This document shows, piece by piece, positions 1-12,404 of a DNA stretch of 64,000 bases (positions are counted from its first letter, which is position 1; each line of letters opens with the position of its first letter). Origin of the DNA: Squalus acanthias (Eukaryota); assembly GCA_030390025.1 (NCBI GenBank), contig CM059433.1, positions 9,798,001 through 9,862,000 of the forward strand. Reading direction: 5' to 3'. Position numbers and translations under genes: made by a program. The notes beneath the pieces were generated by a model, which had not been told where the DNA came from, did no database searches, and saw only the letters and a program-made list of their open reading frames with translations.

Positions 1-349
1 TGCTGACTAGTTTCAATGAATTTTTCAGTCACTGTCTAAATCTTTCTTCTTACAAATAAATCAACCATATAATCTGTTACAATGGCCCGGATTTTGTGGT
101 GAGCGGCGAAGGAAGTGTGTTCGTCGTTCACTTCGAAAAAAGCTGCCCACATAATTTTAGTGGGCTCTTGAGCGTAGATTTCCTCTTTTCCAGACGTCAG
201 TTTGAATTTGGCGCCTTCTACATGGGGATCTGCGGCATCCAACAACAGGGCAGGCAGCAGGGAGGCTGATCAACCAGTCAGATTGAAGAATCCTCACAGA
301 TGGCAAAACAGGAAGTAAAAAGCAGGAAATATAAAATACCTTGGGGGTA

Positions 350-1495
350 CAGTTAATACTAAGGAAGACGTTGGTTGGAGCTAGACTTGGAGTACTGTGT
401 ACAGTTCTGGTCTCCATATAATGGGAGGGATGTGGAGGCACTGGAGAGGGAGCAGAGGAGATTTGCAAGGATGATACCAGAACTGAGAGGTTATACCTGT
501 CAGGAAATATTGAACAGGCTGGGGCATTTTTTGCTGGAAAAGAGAGGTCTGAGGGGTGACCTGAAAGAGTTCTTTAAGATTATGACGGGTTTGAGAGGGT
601 AGATGTAGAGAAGTTGCTTCCACTTGTGGGGGAGACCAAAACTAGGGGCCATAAATATAAGATAGTCACCAATAAATCAAATAGGGAATTCGGGAGAAAC
701 CTCTTTACCCAGAGAGTGGTGAGAATGTGGAACTCGCTACCACAAGGAATAGTTGAGGCGAATAGCACAGATGCTTTTAAGGGGAAGCTAGATAAACACA
801 TGAGGGAGAAAGAATACAGGAAACTCTCGTTTAAACGGCACCTAAATATTCTGAATTCTCTATTAACCGGCAAAATTCATACTCCGAAAACAACACCTCA
901 ATAACCGGAAATGTTGCCGAGTCCGAGTCTCCGGCGGCGGCCGAGTTAGTCAGTGGGAGTAGTTCTCCAAACTGCCACTACTCGGCTTCTTGGCGCTGTC
1001 GGAAGTCCGAACACCTCAATAACAGGAGTCTGACTCTCCCGCGCTGCCGGTCGTCTCTTCCGATCCGCCATTTTGGAATAAGTGTACAGTCAACTACAGT
1101 ACTGCATACAGTCGTTTACTGTATAAGTTTTGTTTTACTGTTAAGTAATTAAAGAGTTATGGATTACCCTTAACTGACAGTACTGTATTTAATCAAGCAT
1201 CTTCCACCATCCATTTAACACAACATTCTGTAGGGGAGTACCCAATTATACTGCACATTTCTTGATTATTTTTATTTTTGTTTGTTAAAAATAGCCTCGG
1301 TAGATAACCCTCTCCGTCATCCGAAATTTTTAATCAACCAGCACCATCCCGGTCCCATCGGTGCCGGATACCAAAGAGTTTCCTGTAGAAGGATATGCAG
1401 ATAGGGTGAGATGAAGAGGGGTGGGAGGAGGCTTGTGTGGAGCATAAACCAGTTGAGCCGAATGGCCTGTTTCTGTGCTGTAAATTCGATGTGAT
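350..1495 (+). mobile_element. CR1 LINE 3' fragment (ORF2 C-terminus + 3'UTR), interrupted at 817-1385
   Basis: Translates LEYCVQFWSPY...RRFARMIPEL and TRGHKYKI...FTQRVVRMWNSLP. The 3'UTR resumes at 1386 (TAGAAGGATATGCAGATAGGG) and matches 48260-48375. Confidence 0.9.
817..1385. mobile_element. Tc1/mariner-pogo (Tigger-like) non-autonomous element, 569 bp
   Basis: TA TSD at 815-816 and 1386-1387. TIRs CAGGAAACTCTCGTTTAAACGGCAC vs revcomp CAGGAAACTCTTTGGTATCCGGCAC. Removing it restores the CR1 sequence GAAAGAATAGAAGG. Confidence 0.85.
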
Positions 1496-1708
1496 CACAT
1501 TTAAATCATTGTACAGAAAGCGAAATACAGATTGGGACATACATATGGGATTAAAGGAGAAACTTAAATAGCAAAACATAAACTTTAAAAATATATATTT
1601 TTTTAAAAATCTGCAGCATTTTAATATTCTTCTGAGGGAATGAGACTCTATACTTGTAACACTCATTTTTCAGTGCCAGAGACGGTGTTCAGCAGTAATT
1701 GTGACTTA

Positions 1709-2503
1709 GGGCTGGATTTTGTCTTGGGGTCGGGTTGGGGTCGTGTAATCCGCATTTCGTGTTTCCCCCCGACTCCAGATTAATGTGGATGCCTGATGCA
1801 ATTTTCACTTAATTGGGCAATTGAGTTGCAGCATGTGGGAACCCATGAACTAATTAGTGGTTTCAGTCTGAAACCCGCCTCTGATGATGTCATCATTGCT
1901 GAGTGCCTGCTCTCAGAGAATGTCTGGCTGTTGGTGCGGGAGGATCTGTCTGCATTGCTTCTGATGTGAGTGGACCTGGATAAATATATATATAAGAGAG
2001 AGAATGAGAATGAGAATGAGAATGAGAATGAGAATTTTTTTGCATCCAAGTCCTCTCACAGCAAAGGCCAGGCAGTCTCTGAACACATTCAATGCAGCAG
2101 CATCAGAGCATCAGAGGCGACTTTCAGACCTAATACTACTACTACTACCTTCATCACATCTCCGTTGTAATAGTGGACCTGCAGCTGATAGTCAGCTATC
2201 CACTTGTGCTCCCGCCAGGTTTCACACCAGGCGTGCTTCACGTCACAAGAGGGTTAAACTAGCTAAAACATTTCAAAATGGCATTACAGAGCCAATTTAG
2301 GGCTTGTTAAGGGCTTTAATGGCCTCTCCTGCCTCTTGGAGGCGGGACGGAGTTGGGATGGGGTCGGGAACCCCGCGACTGGTTTTGTCAAAATTGCGTG
2401 GAGGCGGGATGGAGTCGGGATGGGGTCGGGACCCCCAACCCCGCAAATTTAACCCCCCACACGCCTCCAAACCCGACTCCATGGGTCATTCAAAATCCAG
2501 CCC
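1709..2503. mobile_element. Harbinger-type MITE, family C copy 1
   Basis: TIR GGGCTGGATTTTG...CAAAATCCAGCCC. Flanks TTA/TTT. Colinear with 27884-28649. Contains (GAGAAT)n at ~1998-2035. Confidence 0.8.
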
Positions 2504-2849
2504 TTTGTACGCCATTAAAAACTCAGTTACTCCTGATTGAACAAGGCTTCAATTTTTCATTAGGCTTTAGAGTGACAGTAGTGGGTAGTTAATTTAAGTT
2601 CACACCTTAACAGTGACTTCGGTGCTGGTTCCATCGGCGAAGACGGCAACAGCACACCCTGTGGAGGAGCAGGGTATCTCTGACAGCGACCTCTGGATTT
2701 CCGCGTTTAACTGCGCATGTGCGGACGCCGACAGTTGCTGTCAGTTTTACCCAGTAGTAAGGGCGAGCACCGACAGATCTCGCCATTATTACTGCTGCAA
2801 ATTCCGGGCCATTAATTCCATGGATGTAAAAAGGGAAATGCTGAACTAG

Positions 2850-2975
2850 ATCTGAAGAATAGTTACACCCGGACCGTTAACCTATCTTTTCTCTTTACAG
2901 ATGCTGTCCGGCCTGCTGTGTATTTCCAGCATTTTCTCTTTTTATTTCGGATTTCTAGCGTTTACAGTTTGTTTT
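2850..2975 (+). mobile_element. Degenerate Penelope-like terminal repeat fragment
   Basis: CAGATGCTGTCCGGCCTGCTGTGTATTTCCAGCATTTTCT matches the repeat after the Penelope ORF end at 54600-54689. Confidence 0.6.
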
Positions 2976-3909
2976 TTTTCCTTTTTATTTGAAATGGTTG
3001 ACCTATTTGCATTTCAAAAGACACTGAAAAGTATACATGCAATTGCAGCTTGTTCAATACTTCTGAAAATGACAGAAAACCACTTTGTTAGGTTCAATAG
3101 AACAAAGAATAGCTTGTTTTGAGTATCCGCAGCTTTGAAGAATAAGCTTATTTTTATATTCAGATTTTGAAGCAAAAGCAATATAAAGTTTTCACTCGTC
3201 CCTGTCAGAGAGTAATATAAACCCCAGCTCAAATTTAAACTTGGGGGGCTCAGTAAAAAGGGAACCAAAGTCAAAATTTCGTCGTTTTTTGACTTGGAGA
3301 AGCTCATTTTTCAGTAGTGACATGGGGACCTGGAGCGAAGCCGAATTTTCACTTTACTATTGAGCAGGAAGAGGGAGAAGGGACCATAGCTGTTCAGACG
3401 GTTTGGTGTTGCCCGTGGCATCACAAATCTCTCCTGGGACTGTACCACAAGGAATAGGGCTGCCCCCACCACTACTTTATCCAGATCACTTTATAGTTTA
3501 TTTCAGCTTATGCTTCATTTGGTGCTGACTGGCGACAGATTGATCGTTTGAGCCAAGCAGAGCTTAGCTGTTAGCTGGGCTCCCTGTCGGGATGAACATT
3601 CAAACAAGTTTGGATTTTCGATGATGTTACTGTTCTGTGGCTCAAAATTTGGATCATCTGAATTCAGTTCAAAGGCAGAGGTTGCATCAACCAGTAAAAT
3701 GGCAAATGCTAACCTGTGAGTGAATGGAGCTTAGCCTCCGTTCCATTAGCCCACCGAGAATGGAACACATACCAACTCATTCACATCACCACCTTCCTAA
3801 CCAGCTTATACATCTTAAGTACCTGCAATACAATCAAGGCACAAGCCCTGATAGCTATCTCAAGACATAGGGCAAAACTCTAGCTGTCCAATCCTTCAAC
3901 AATGCCATC

Positions 3910-4984
3910 TTGTTTTCAGATCCCTCCATGGCCTCACCCCGCTGTTCTCCTCCAATTCTGGTCTCTTGCGCATCCCCAATTTTAATCACTCCACCATTGG
4001 TGGCCGTGCCTTCTGTTGCCTAGGCCCTAAGCTCTGGAATTCCCTGCCTAAACCTCTCCGCCTCGCTACCTCTCTCTCCTCCTTTAAGACGCTCCTTAAA
4101 ACCTACCTCTTTGACCAAGCTTTTGGTCACCTGTCCTAATATCTCCTTATGTGGCTCGGCGTCAAATTATTTTTGGTAACAGTCCTGTGCAGCGCCTTGG
4201 GACGTTTTACTACATTAAAGGCGCTATATAAATACAAGGGGGGAAAAATTGGGTTGCTTTGCACCTCCCGTTAGTGCCCTAAGAGGGTGGTAATGGGACG
4301 CAAAGCAACTAGAGCCCGGACGCGGCGCCGCCCACGCCTCCCACGAAATTCAGTGGGAGGTTCGTGGCGGCGCTAACCGGTAGCGCCCCACGGCTTACGC
4401 CGCCGGTGATGACATCATCGCCGTGCGCAGCGCCCCGCTCGTGCCCCGGCCGTGATCTTCGGGAGCGCCCCCTGACTTACCTGCCGGACGCTATGTCCAA
4501 TGGGGTCAGGGGGGCCTACCTGCGGCCCGGGGAGGTGCAATTTAAAGGCGCGGTGCGGGGCGGCCATTTTTGTTGCTGGCCGCCTGCCAGCACCTGCCCC
4601 CGTTGCCGTCCCTGGCCTCCTGAACGCCCCCCCCCCCCCCGCCCCCGCGGAGTGCCGGCTGCGCTCCATGAGCCCGGCACTTCTCTTGAGAGCCGGGCTC
4701 TTTTGCCGGCACTCCCGATCCCCAGTGGCCCAGCTGGGCCCCGGGTCGTGCTGCGCAAGGCCCCTCCCCTGCAATACCGTGGCACGTAGCGCCGCGATAT
4801 TGACTCGCAGCGCCCCAAGAGGGATTCGGGGTGCTTCCAGCAGCCTCCCACTTCCCTCTTGGGGCACTACCACTCAATTTCCGGCGCAGAGGCGCTAATT
4901 TTTCCGGGCCGCTCAAAGCAGCGCCCCGGCAAAATAGCACCCTGGCAATGTTAGCACACCATTTGGACCCAAGTTGTTGTTGCT
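3910..4984 (+). mobile_element. L2-clade LINE 3' end; its (GTT)n tail is split by a MITE
   Basis: GGTGGCCGTGCCTTCTGTTGCCTAGGCCCTAAGCTCTGGAATTCCC...GGCGCTATATAAATACAAG, with TTGTTGTTG resuming at 4974. Same 3' end as 31230-31497. Confidence 0.85.
4239..4970. mobile_element. GC-rich Harbinger-type MITE, family B copy 1
   Basis: Starts GGGGGAAAAATTGGGTTGCTTTGCACCTCCCGTTAG. AAG TSD at 4236-4238 and 4971-4973. Homologous to 22893-23473 and (inverted) 46697-47401. Confidence 0.8.
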
Positions 4985-5087
4985 GAGGGGGTGCATGAGA
5001 ATCTTCCACATGTCTCTTCCAATTTTCCTTCCCCCCTTGTTGGGAGAGCACTTGGCCTTGTCCCTGATACTATGACAAAGAGCATAC

Positions 5088-5190
5088 AATTCTGTTTCTC
5101 TCTCCACAGATGCTGCCTGACCTGCTGAGTATTTCCAGCATTTTCTGTTTTTATTTCAGATTTCCAGCATCCGCAGTATTTTGCTTTTGT
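5088..5190 (+). mobile_element. Penelope-like terminal repeat fragment
   Basis: CTCTCCACAGATGCTGCCTGACCTGCTGAGTATTTCCAGC...GCAGTATTTTGCTTTTG is near-identical to 54600-54689. Confidence 0.75.
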
Positions 5191-5359
5191 ATTGGCGTAC
5201 AATTGCTATATGGGATCTAGGGCAGAGATCCCATTTCCTATTATTTGGTGTAAAGTGCATTACGATACCATAAATGGCACTGTCCATTACAATTATCAGA
5301 AGTATTCTTCAGAACTAGGAAGTTTTGTCATTGTTCATTTCAGCCTAGAGTCAGATGGG

Positions 5360-5790
5360 TACGGTACAGCAGTGTCTTGGTTGTATTACTGGACGAGTTA
5401 ACCCAGAGGCCTGGACTAATAATCACAGGAGAACGTGAGTTCAAATCCCACCATGGCAGTTTGAGGATTTGAAATCAGTTTTAAAATCTGGAAACTAAAT
5501 GCTGGTATTAGTAAATAAAGTGACCATGAAGCAGTCAGAGTGTTGTAAAAAACCAACTGGTTCACTAATGTCGTAAAAACCCAACTGGTTCAGTAATGTC
5601 GGAAGGAGCCCTGACATGGCCTATATGTGATTCAAGTCCCACACCAGTGTGGTTAACTCTAAACTGCCCTCTGAAGTGACCTAGCAAGCCACTCAGATGT
5701 TCAAGGAGAAGGCAACTTTTGCAGGGCAACTAGGGATGTGCAATAAATGCTGGCCTTGCCAGCAACATCCACATCCCGAGAATTAATTAA
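5360..5790 (+). mobile_element. tRNA-head SINE whose tail is shared with the LINE at 52660-53480
   Basis: B-box-like GAGTTCAAATCC (~5437). Tail GGGCAACTAGGGATGTGCAATAAATGCTGGCCTTGCC. Internal 28-bp tandem duplication at 5545-5600. Confidence 0.7.
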
Positions 5791-6071
5791 AAAAACAAAA
5801 GATATTCTGGAAAATAGCCTAGATCATCGGAAACTTGAAATCTTTCTCTAAATCGAGAAATTCTTACAGAGCTTGGACTCTTCTTTTTGGCGAATTGTGA
5901 TCATCATAGTCCACCCACAGCTGATCTGATCTGTGACATATTCCCACACTCTTTTCAGTCTTCTGCAAAAATTTATGAAATGAATTTCTGATATTGTACA
6001 GACTGCTCGGAAATGGACAACAGTACCAATTTAAACCATTGCCTGCAGTGGGCTATCTGGCTCCTGCAGTT

Positions 6072-7885
6072 TAGAATCATAGAATACAGCATAGAAGGAG
6101 GCCATTCGGCCCATCGTACCTCTGCCGGCTCTTTGAAAGAGCAAGCCAGTTAGTCCCACTCCCCCCTGCTCTTTCCCCATAGTCCTGTAAATTTTTTCCC
6201 TTCAAGTATTTATCCAATTCCCTTTTGAAAGTTACTATTGAATCTGCTTCCACCTCCCTTTCAGGCAGCGCATTCCAGATCACAACAACGCACTGTGTAA
6301 AAATATTTTTCCTCATGTCGCCTCTGGTTCTTTTACCAGTCACCTTAAATCTGTGTCCTCTGGTTACCGACACGTCTGTCACTGGAAACAGTTTCTCCTT
6401 ATTTACTCTATCAAAACCGTTCATGATTTTGAACACCGCTATCAAATCTCCCCTTAACCTTCTCTTACTCTAAGGAGAACAACCCCAGCTTCTCCAGTCT
6501 CGCCACACAACTGAAGTCCCTCATCCCTGGTACCATTCTAGTAAATCTCTTCTTCACCCTCTCGAAGGCCATGACATCCTTTCTAAAGTGTGGTGTCCAG
6601 AATTGAACACAATGCTCCAGCTGGGGCCTAACCAGTGTTTTATAAAGGTTTAGCATAACTTCCTTGCGTTTGTACTCTATCCCTCTATTAATAAAGCCAA
6701 GGATCCTGTATGCTTTTTTAACAGCCTTCTCAACTGGTCCTGCCACCTTCAAAGATTTGTGTACATACACCCCTAGGTCTCTCTGTTTCTGCACCCCCTT
6801 TAAAATTGTACCATTTAGTTTATATTACCTCTCCACATTCTTCGAACCAAAATGTATTGTGTCACTCCTCTCTGCGCTAAATTCCATCGACATGTGTCTG
6901 CCCATTTCACCAGTCTGTCTGTGTTCTCCTGAAGTCTGTTACTATTCTCCTCACTCTTTACTACATTTCTGAGTTTTGTGTCATCTGCAAACTTTGAACC
7001 AAGCCCTGTATACCCAAGTCCAGGTCATTAATATATATCAAAAAGAGCAGTGGCCCCAACACCGACCTCTGGGCAACAGCACTGTATACCCCCCTCCAGT
7101 CTGAAAAACAACCATTCACCACCACTCTCTGCTTTCTGTTCCTTATTAATATTATTATTTAGTGTCAGTTGTGGCTCAGTTGCTAGCACACTCGCCTCTG
7201 AGTCAGAAGGTTGTGGGTTCAAGTCCCACACCAGGGACTTGAGCACATAAAGCTAGGCTGACACTCCAGTGCAGTGCTGAGGGAGTGCTGCACTGTTGGA
7301 GGTGCCGTCTTTCGGGTGAGACGTTAAACTGAGGCTCCGTTTGCTCTCTCAGGTGGACGTAAAAGATCCCATGGCACTATTTCAGAAGTGAGAGGTCGCA
7401 CAACTCCGCATCATGACCACTATTTCAGTATTTCAGAAGAGCAGGGGAGTTATCTCCTGGCCAATATTTAATGAAAACTGATTATCTGGTCATTATCACA
7501 TTGCTGCTTGTGGGAGCTTGCTGTGCGCAAATTGGCTGCCGTGTTTCCCACATTACAACAGTGACTACACTCCAAAAAAGTACTTCATTGGCTGTAAAGC
7601 GCTTTGAGACATCCGGTGGACGTGAAAGGCGCTATATAAATGCAAGTCTTTCTTTTCTTAGCCAATTTTGTATCCACGCTGCCATTGCCCCTTTAATCCC
7701 ATGGGCTTTAATTTTGCTTACAATCTATTATTGTCAAATGCCTTTGGAAAGTCCATGTACACAACATCAACTGCACTACCCTCATCAACCCCCTCCGTTA
7801 CTTCATCAAAGAACTGAATCAAGTGAGTCAAACACGATTTGCCTTTAACAAATCCATGCTACTTTCATTTATTAGCCCATAATTT
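6072..7885 (-). mobile_element. CR1 LINE 3' portion, interrupted by a SINE at 7162-7658
   Basis: Minus-strand ORFs QRDLGVYVHKSLK...LYKTLVRPQLEHCVQFW and TRGHRFKV...WNALP. RT sequence continues at 7660-7885. Confidence 0.9.
7162..7658 (+). mobile_element. Deu-domain tRNA SINE (SacSINE1/AmnSINE-like), copy 1
   Basis: A-box GTGGCTCAGTTG and B-box GGGTTCAAGTCC. Core GCCGTCTTTCGG..GAGACGTTAAA...AAAAGATCCCATGGCAC. L2-like tail GGCGCTATATAAATGCAAGT. Confidence 0.85.
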
Positions 7886-7960
7886 TTTTCCAGCTGTAAG
7901 TTTAGTACAACTGTACTCAGCAGCTTCCTTCCTGACTGCCCTTTATCCCTTCTGGTGATG

Positions 7961-8602
7961 CATAAGAACATAAGAAATAGGAGCAGGAGTCGACCATTTG
8001 GCCCCTCGAGCCTGTTCCGCCATTCAATAAGATCATGGCTGATCTTCTACCTCAACTCCACTTTCCTGCACTATCCCCATATCCCTTGATTCCCTTAATA
8101 TTCAAAAATCTATCGATCTCTGTCTTGAATATACTCAACGACTGAGCCTCCACAGCCCTCTGGGGTAGCGAATTCCAAAGATTCACCACCCTCTGAGTGA
8201 AGAAATTTCTCCTCATCTCAGTTCTAAATGGCCGACCCCTTATTCTGAGGCTGTGACTCCTGGTTCTAGACTCCTCAGCCAGGGGAAACATCCTCCCAGC
8301 ATCTACCCCGTCAAGCCCTGTAGGAACTTTGTATGTTTCAATGAGATCACCTCTCATTCTTCTAAACTCTAGAGAATATAGGCCTAGTCGACTCAATCTC
8401 TCCTCATAGGACAATCCCCCCCATCCCAGGAACCAGTCTGGTGAACTTTCGTTGCACTCCCTCTATGACAAGTATATCCTTCCTTAGGTAAGGAGACCAA
8501 AAATGCACACAATACTCCAGGTGTGGTCTCACCAGGGCCCTATATAATTGCAGTAAGACGTCATTACTCTTATACTCAAATCCTCTTGTAATAAAGTCCA
8601 AC
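7961..8602 (-). mobile_element. CR1 LINE 3' end
   Basis: LYRALVRPHLEYCVHFWSP...YEERLSRLGLYSLEFRRMRGDLIETYK. Tail reads CATAAGAACATAAGAA on +. Confidence 0.92.
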
Positions 8603-11180
8603 TTTACACAGGTTCACAATTAATGTGGTAAGTATTCTTTTTGAGCCTGAACCGCCAGTTCTCCATGGAAATAAAGTGCAACAGTCAAGTAGAATTTTTC
8701 TTTAATGGCTGAGACAAGTTGTGGTTTAATTATCTTGGGATCACTCTTCTCGGGAGAGCCAGCTGCATTCTTGTTCATAGCACTTCAAACTAATGCTCCA
8801 ACATGAATTACTGCTGTGAATTACATGGGCTTAAACTAAAGTATCTCATGCTATGGTTTTAAATCTGTAGGCTGCTTCTCAAGGCCTTACTGAAATTTCC
8901 TTCCGATCCTCTGAAATTCTGATGCACAAATCAAAGGAATCTGGCTTCAGCCATTTCAGGCCAATTTTTGGAGACCAACATTTGGCATATTTCAACTTGG
9001 GTGTGACAGCATCTACTCCTTTAAAAAGAAATGCAGAAATTGCAGCGGGCACACGTAAAGTTACAAAGTTTACCGCTGCGCATGAGGACATTTTTATTTT
9101 AAGCTTGATGTCCACAGTTTTTCATCCTTTTTAGCTTGAGCCAGAGCAGCAAAGGTAGGCATGTGTGTCTGTTTAATTCTCTACTTTTTGATAAAAAGAT
9201 ATTCAGAACCCTTTTTTTTCATATGCTTGCAATCATAACATATAATTTCATAAAGCCCGTTGAAATGTGTCGCTGCATCTGACATTATCAGGATGAAAAT
9301 GAAGCGCAGCTCTCCCGAATCTTCTCCCCCTCCCAGATAAAAACAGGCTTTACCAAACTCCCCCTCGTGAACATAGTGCCCCTTTGAGTGGCTGGGAACC
9401 TGTTTATAAATGAATGCTCGCTTAAGGATAGGCTGGTAATATATTCAGAGTTTCTTATTATGGGATTATGGGTTTTCAATAGGTCAGGCTACATGACAAA
9501 AGAGGTCAATAAAAACTTGTTTCTAAAAGAAACAGCTTGCACTTAGCATAAAGTTAGTTCCACAGAAAAAGATGCGAAAATACTTTTTTTTTTACATGAA
9601 TTAAAATTGCTTTAAATAAACTTACTGTGCCGTGAAGTTTGGCGAACGTGGTACCTCTCCTGAAATCTGTAAACTCTCAGTGCATTTATATTTTTCTATA
9701 CAGCTCTGTAAACTCTTAAGCGATATGACCATAATGTGTATGAATGGATCTATAGAAGGTTGTGTGAATGGATAGATGCTCCTGGTCAGGAGGCATTAGA
9801 TTTCAGTTCAATTTGCTGCTGATAGATTTGTTGTGCCCTTCACCTTTTACTGGATGTGTTCATCAATACGAAGAAATCAGCTCTTTGTTTTTTTAAAAAA
9901 CTGAAGTGAATGTTGAGCCTGTGTTTTATGTTGAATGCTCGTGGGTGATGGAGTTCAGGGCTGTTACGAGGGACAGGCAGGGAAGGGTGATGAACGATGT
10001 TGGGACAGAAACTATAGAAACAGAAAATGTTAGATTGGAGTTAATGTAGAAACATGGTCGGATATTTTAAAAAGAACCTGGTCAAGTGTGGCCCACAGGG
10101 GAAGTGGGGTCATTGTGCGCCATTGTGCTGTAACACCTGGCAGTAGTAAATATTAATGCCATGCCTGAGACCTGTAATACCTCTCATGCCAAGAATGATA
10201 AGGTAAAAGATGTCCAATGCTTAGTATATTCCATTTGATTCTGCCAGTTTGTTTTCATTTTTTTTGTCAGATTGCATTTTTTCCATTATAACATGAATAT
10301 TTTCATGCACTGATAGTGCCAGAATTCTTCTGCTCAAACTCATGAAGTTTGACATTGTTTCAAAGGGTGCTAATCTTGCGTTGTCTGTTACACTGTGCGT
10401 GCTAACATGTAAATACTAAAATGCATGTGCAATCATCTGATGTTAGAGACATAATACTATTCTCCTCGCTTTCTGAGTATTACAATATTATATCATACTT
10501 CCTTGCACCTGAACCTGGAAATCATTACAAAAGATAATCAGTGTTTTCAAGAAACTCTCTTTCTCTGCATTCACCTTACATGAGTACTGATATCACTTCA
10601 CCTTTATACTTCACCTTGCATGCCCAATAAATGAGTTTTGACTGTTCTCTTATCCTTTGCATGGAAGCTTCATGTTATAGTAATCTTTATTAACAAGATT
10701 AACTTTTGTCAAAGCAGTACACTGCTATCTAGAGATAAAACAGCCCTGCTCCCCTAGCAGTTAGATTTTATGGCCTATTACTGGTGTCTTGGGCTTTGAA
10801 TCCCTGCCACTCCTGTGTTCCCTCGTCCTCTGAATAAATGAATGAGTTAGACAATGACCTTATGTGGGTGGTCAGTGCTCAAACATACAACGGCTGCACT
10901 ATAGTAAATGGATTCCTGTTTTTCCCATTGAGCAGAGCACTTGGGGCAATAACAATAGGATGAAAAGTGCAATGACTTTGCTGACTAGAAATGGCACAAT
11001 GTGAAGGATGTGCTTGAATTCAGTTTTATGAGCTATAGGCAGGGTTGGAGCAAAAGTTCATTGATGGGTGGGAAGTTCACAGGCCAGGCAGTTTTGAGTC
11101 TATCCCATTTTATAAATCTGAGTTGCATAGCTATATCTGTGTCATTTCGAATATCCCAATGTATGGATAAACATGTTTCA

Positions 11181-11906
11181 CTTCCCTTAGGCAGTCCCTC
11201 GAAACCGAGGATGACTTGCTTCCACACTAAAAATGAGTTCTCAGGTGACTGCTAAGTCCAATGCGGTACCTACAGTCTCTGTCATAGGTGGGGCAGACGG
11301 TGGTTGAAGGGGCGGGTGGGTGGGGTGCTTTGGTTGACGCGCGCTCCTTCCGCTGTTTGCGCTTGGCTTCCGCTTGTTCCCGGCGAAGAGACTCGAGGTG
11401 TTCAGCTCCTTCCCGGATGCTTCTCCTGCACTTTGTGCGGTCTTGGGCCAGGGATTCCCAGGTGTCGGTGGGGATGTTGCACTTTTTCAAGGAGGCTTTG
11501 AGGGTGTCCTCTGCCCACCTGGGGCTCTCTTGCCGTGTCGGAGCTCCAAGTAGAGCGCTTGTTTTGGGAATCTCATATCGGGCATGCAGACGATCTGACC
11601 CGTCCATCGGAGCTGATCGAGCGTGGTCAAAGCTTCGATGCTGGGGATGTTGGCCTGAGCGAGAACACTGACGTTGGTGCGCCTATCCTGCCAATGGATT
11701 TGCAGGATCTTGCGGAGGCAGCGTTGGTGGTACCTCTCCAGTGCTTTGAGGTGCCTGCTGTACATGGTCCATGTCTCTGAGGCATACAGCAGGGCGGGAA
11801 TCACTGCTGCTCTGTAGACCACGAGCTTGGTGCCGGGTTTGAGGTCCTGGACCTCAAACACTCTCTTCCTCAGGCGACCGAAGGCTGCACTGGCACACTG
11901 AAGGCA
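11181..11906 (-). mobile_element. RTE-clade LINE 3' fragment
   Basis: ASAAFGRLRKRVF...TKLVVYRAAVIPALLYASETW...QLRWTGQIVCMPD and a C-terminal CPTxDRDC...GLSSH zinc-knuckle-like motif. Confidence 0.9.
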
Positions 11907-12165
11907 TGTAGAGTTATGCACTAAACACAACTGGAGACCTGCTCCCAGGCCTTTGCCAGTTCCATTCTGTTATGGGCCACCCGAAGGTGCAGCAAAGCGT
12001 GATTTCCCTTCCTTTATTCGTTCTGGTCATGACATGCCGCCTGAAAGAGCTGCAAAGCGGAGGTCTAATACAGTCTACCCTGGAGTGCACAACAACTCTG
12101 TGGGCATCTGCGATGTATCCCTTGAAGCCAGAGGTCCTAAGCAGGGACGAACTATACCTTGTGAA

Positions 12166-12404
12166 GCCTTCTGTTGCCTAGGCCCTAAGCTCTAGAATTC
12201 CCTGCCTAAACCTCTCCGCCTCTTTCCTCCTTTAAGACGCTCCTTAAAACCTACCTCTTTGACCAAGCTTTTGGTCACCTGCCCTAATTTCTCCTTATGT
12301 GGATCGGTGTCAAATTTTTTTGTCATAAAATACTCCTGTGCAGCGCCTTGGGACGTTTTACTACGTTAAAGGCGCTATATAAATACAAGTTGTTGTTGCT
12401 GTTG
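12166..12404 (+). mobile_element. L2 LINE 3' end
   Basis: GCCTTCTGTTGCCTAGGCCCTAAGCTC...GGCGCTATATAAATACAAGTTGTTGTTG. Confidence 0.85.

Larger units (their letters stand above)
84..2810. mobile_element. Old Harbinger-type MITE hosting nested insertions
   Basis: Left end GGCCCGGATTTTG (84). Right end CAAATTCCGGGCC (to 2810; revcomp GGCCCGGAATTTG). Flanks AAT/ATT, an imperfect 3-bp TSD. Confidence 0.55.

Noticed and set aside
3248..3365. Weak palindromes here, at 28858-29030 and at 58425-58610
   Set aside because: Probably very old MITEs, but TIRs and TSDs could not be resolved by eye.
4364..5051. Overlapping 110-170 aa ORFs in several frames (also 22.7-23.4, 27.0-27.8 and 46.5-47.3 kb)
   Set aside because: Stop-codon scarcity in very GC-rich MITEs. 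The translations are low-complexity and differ between copies.
7162..7240. tRNA genes at SINE heads (also 34469, 58365, 59801, 60476)
   Set aside because: A/B boxes run straight into SINE bodies with no proper acceptor stem, so these are tRNA-derived heads.
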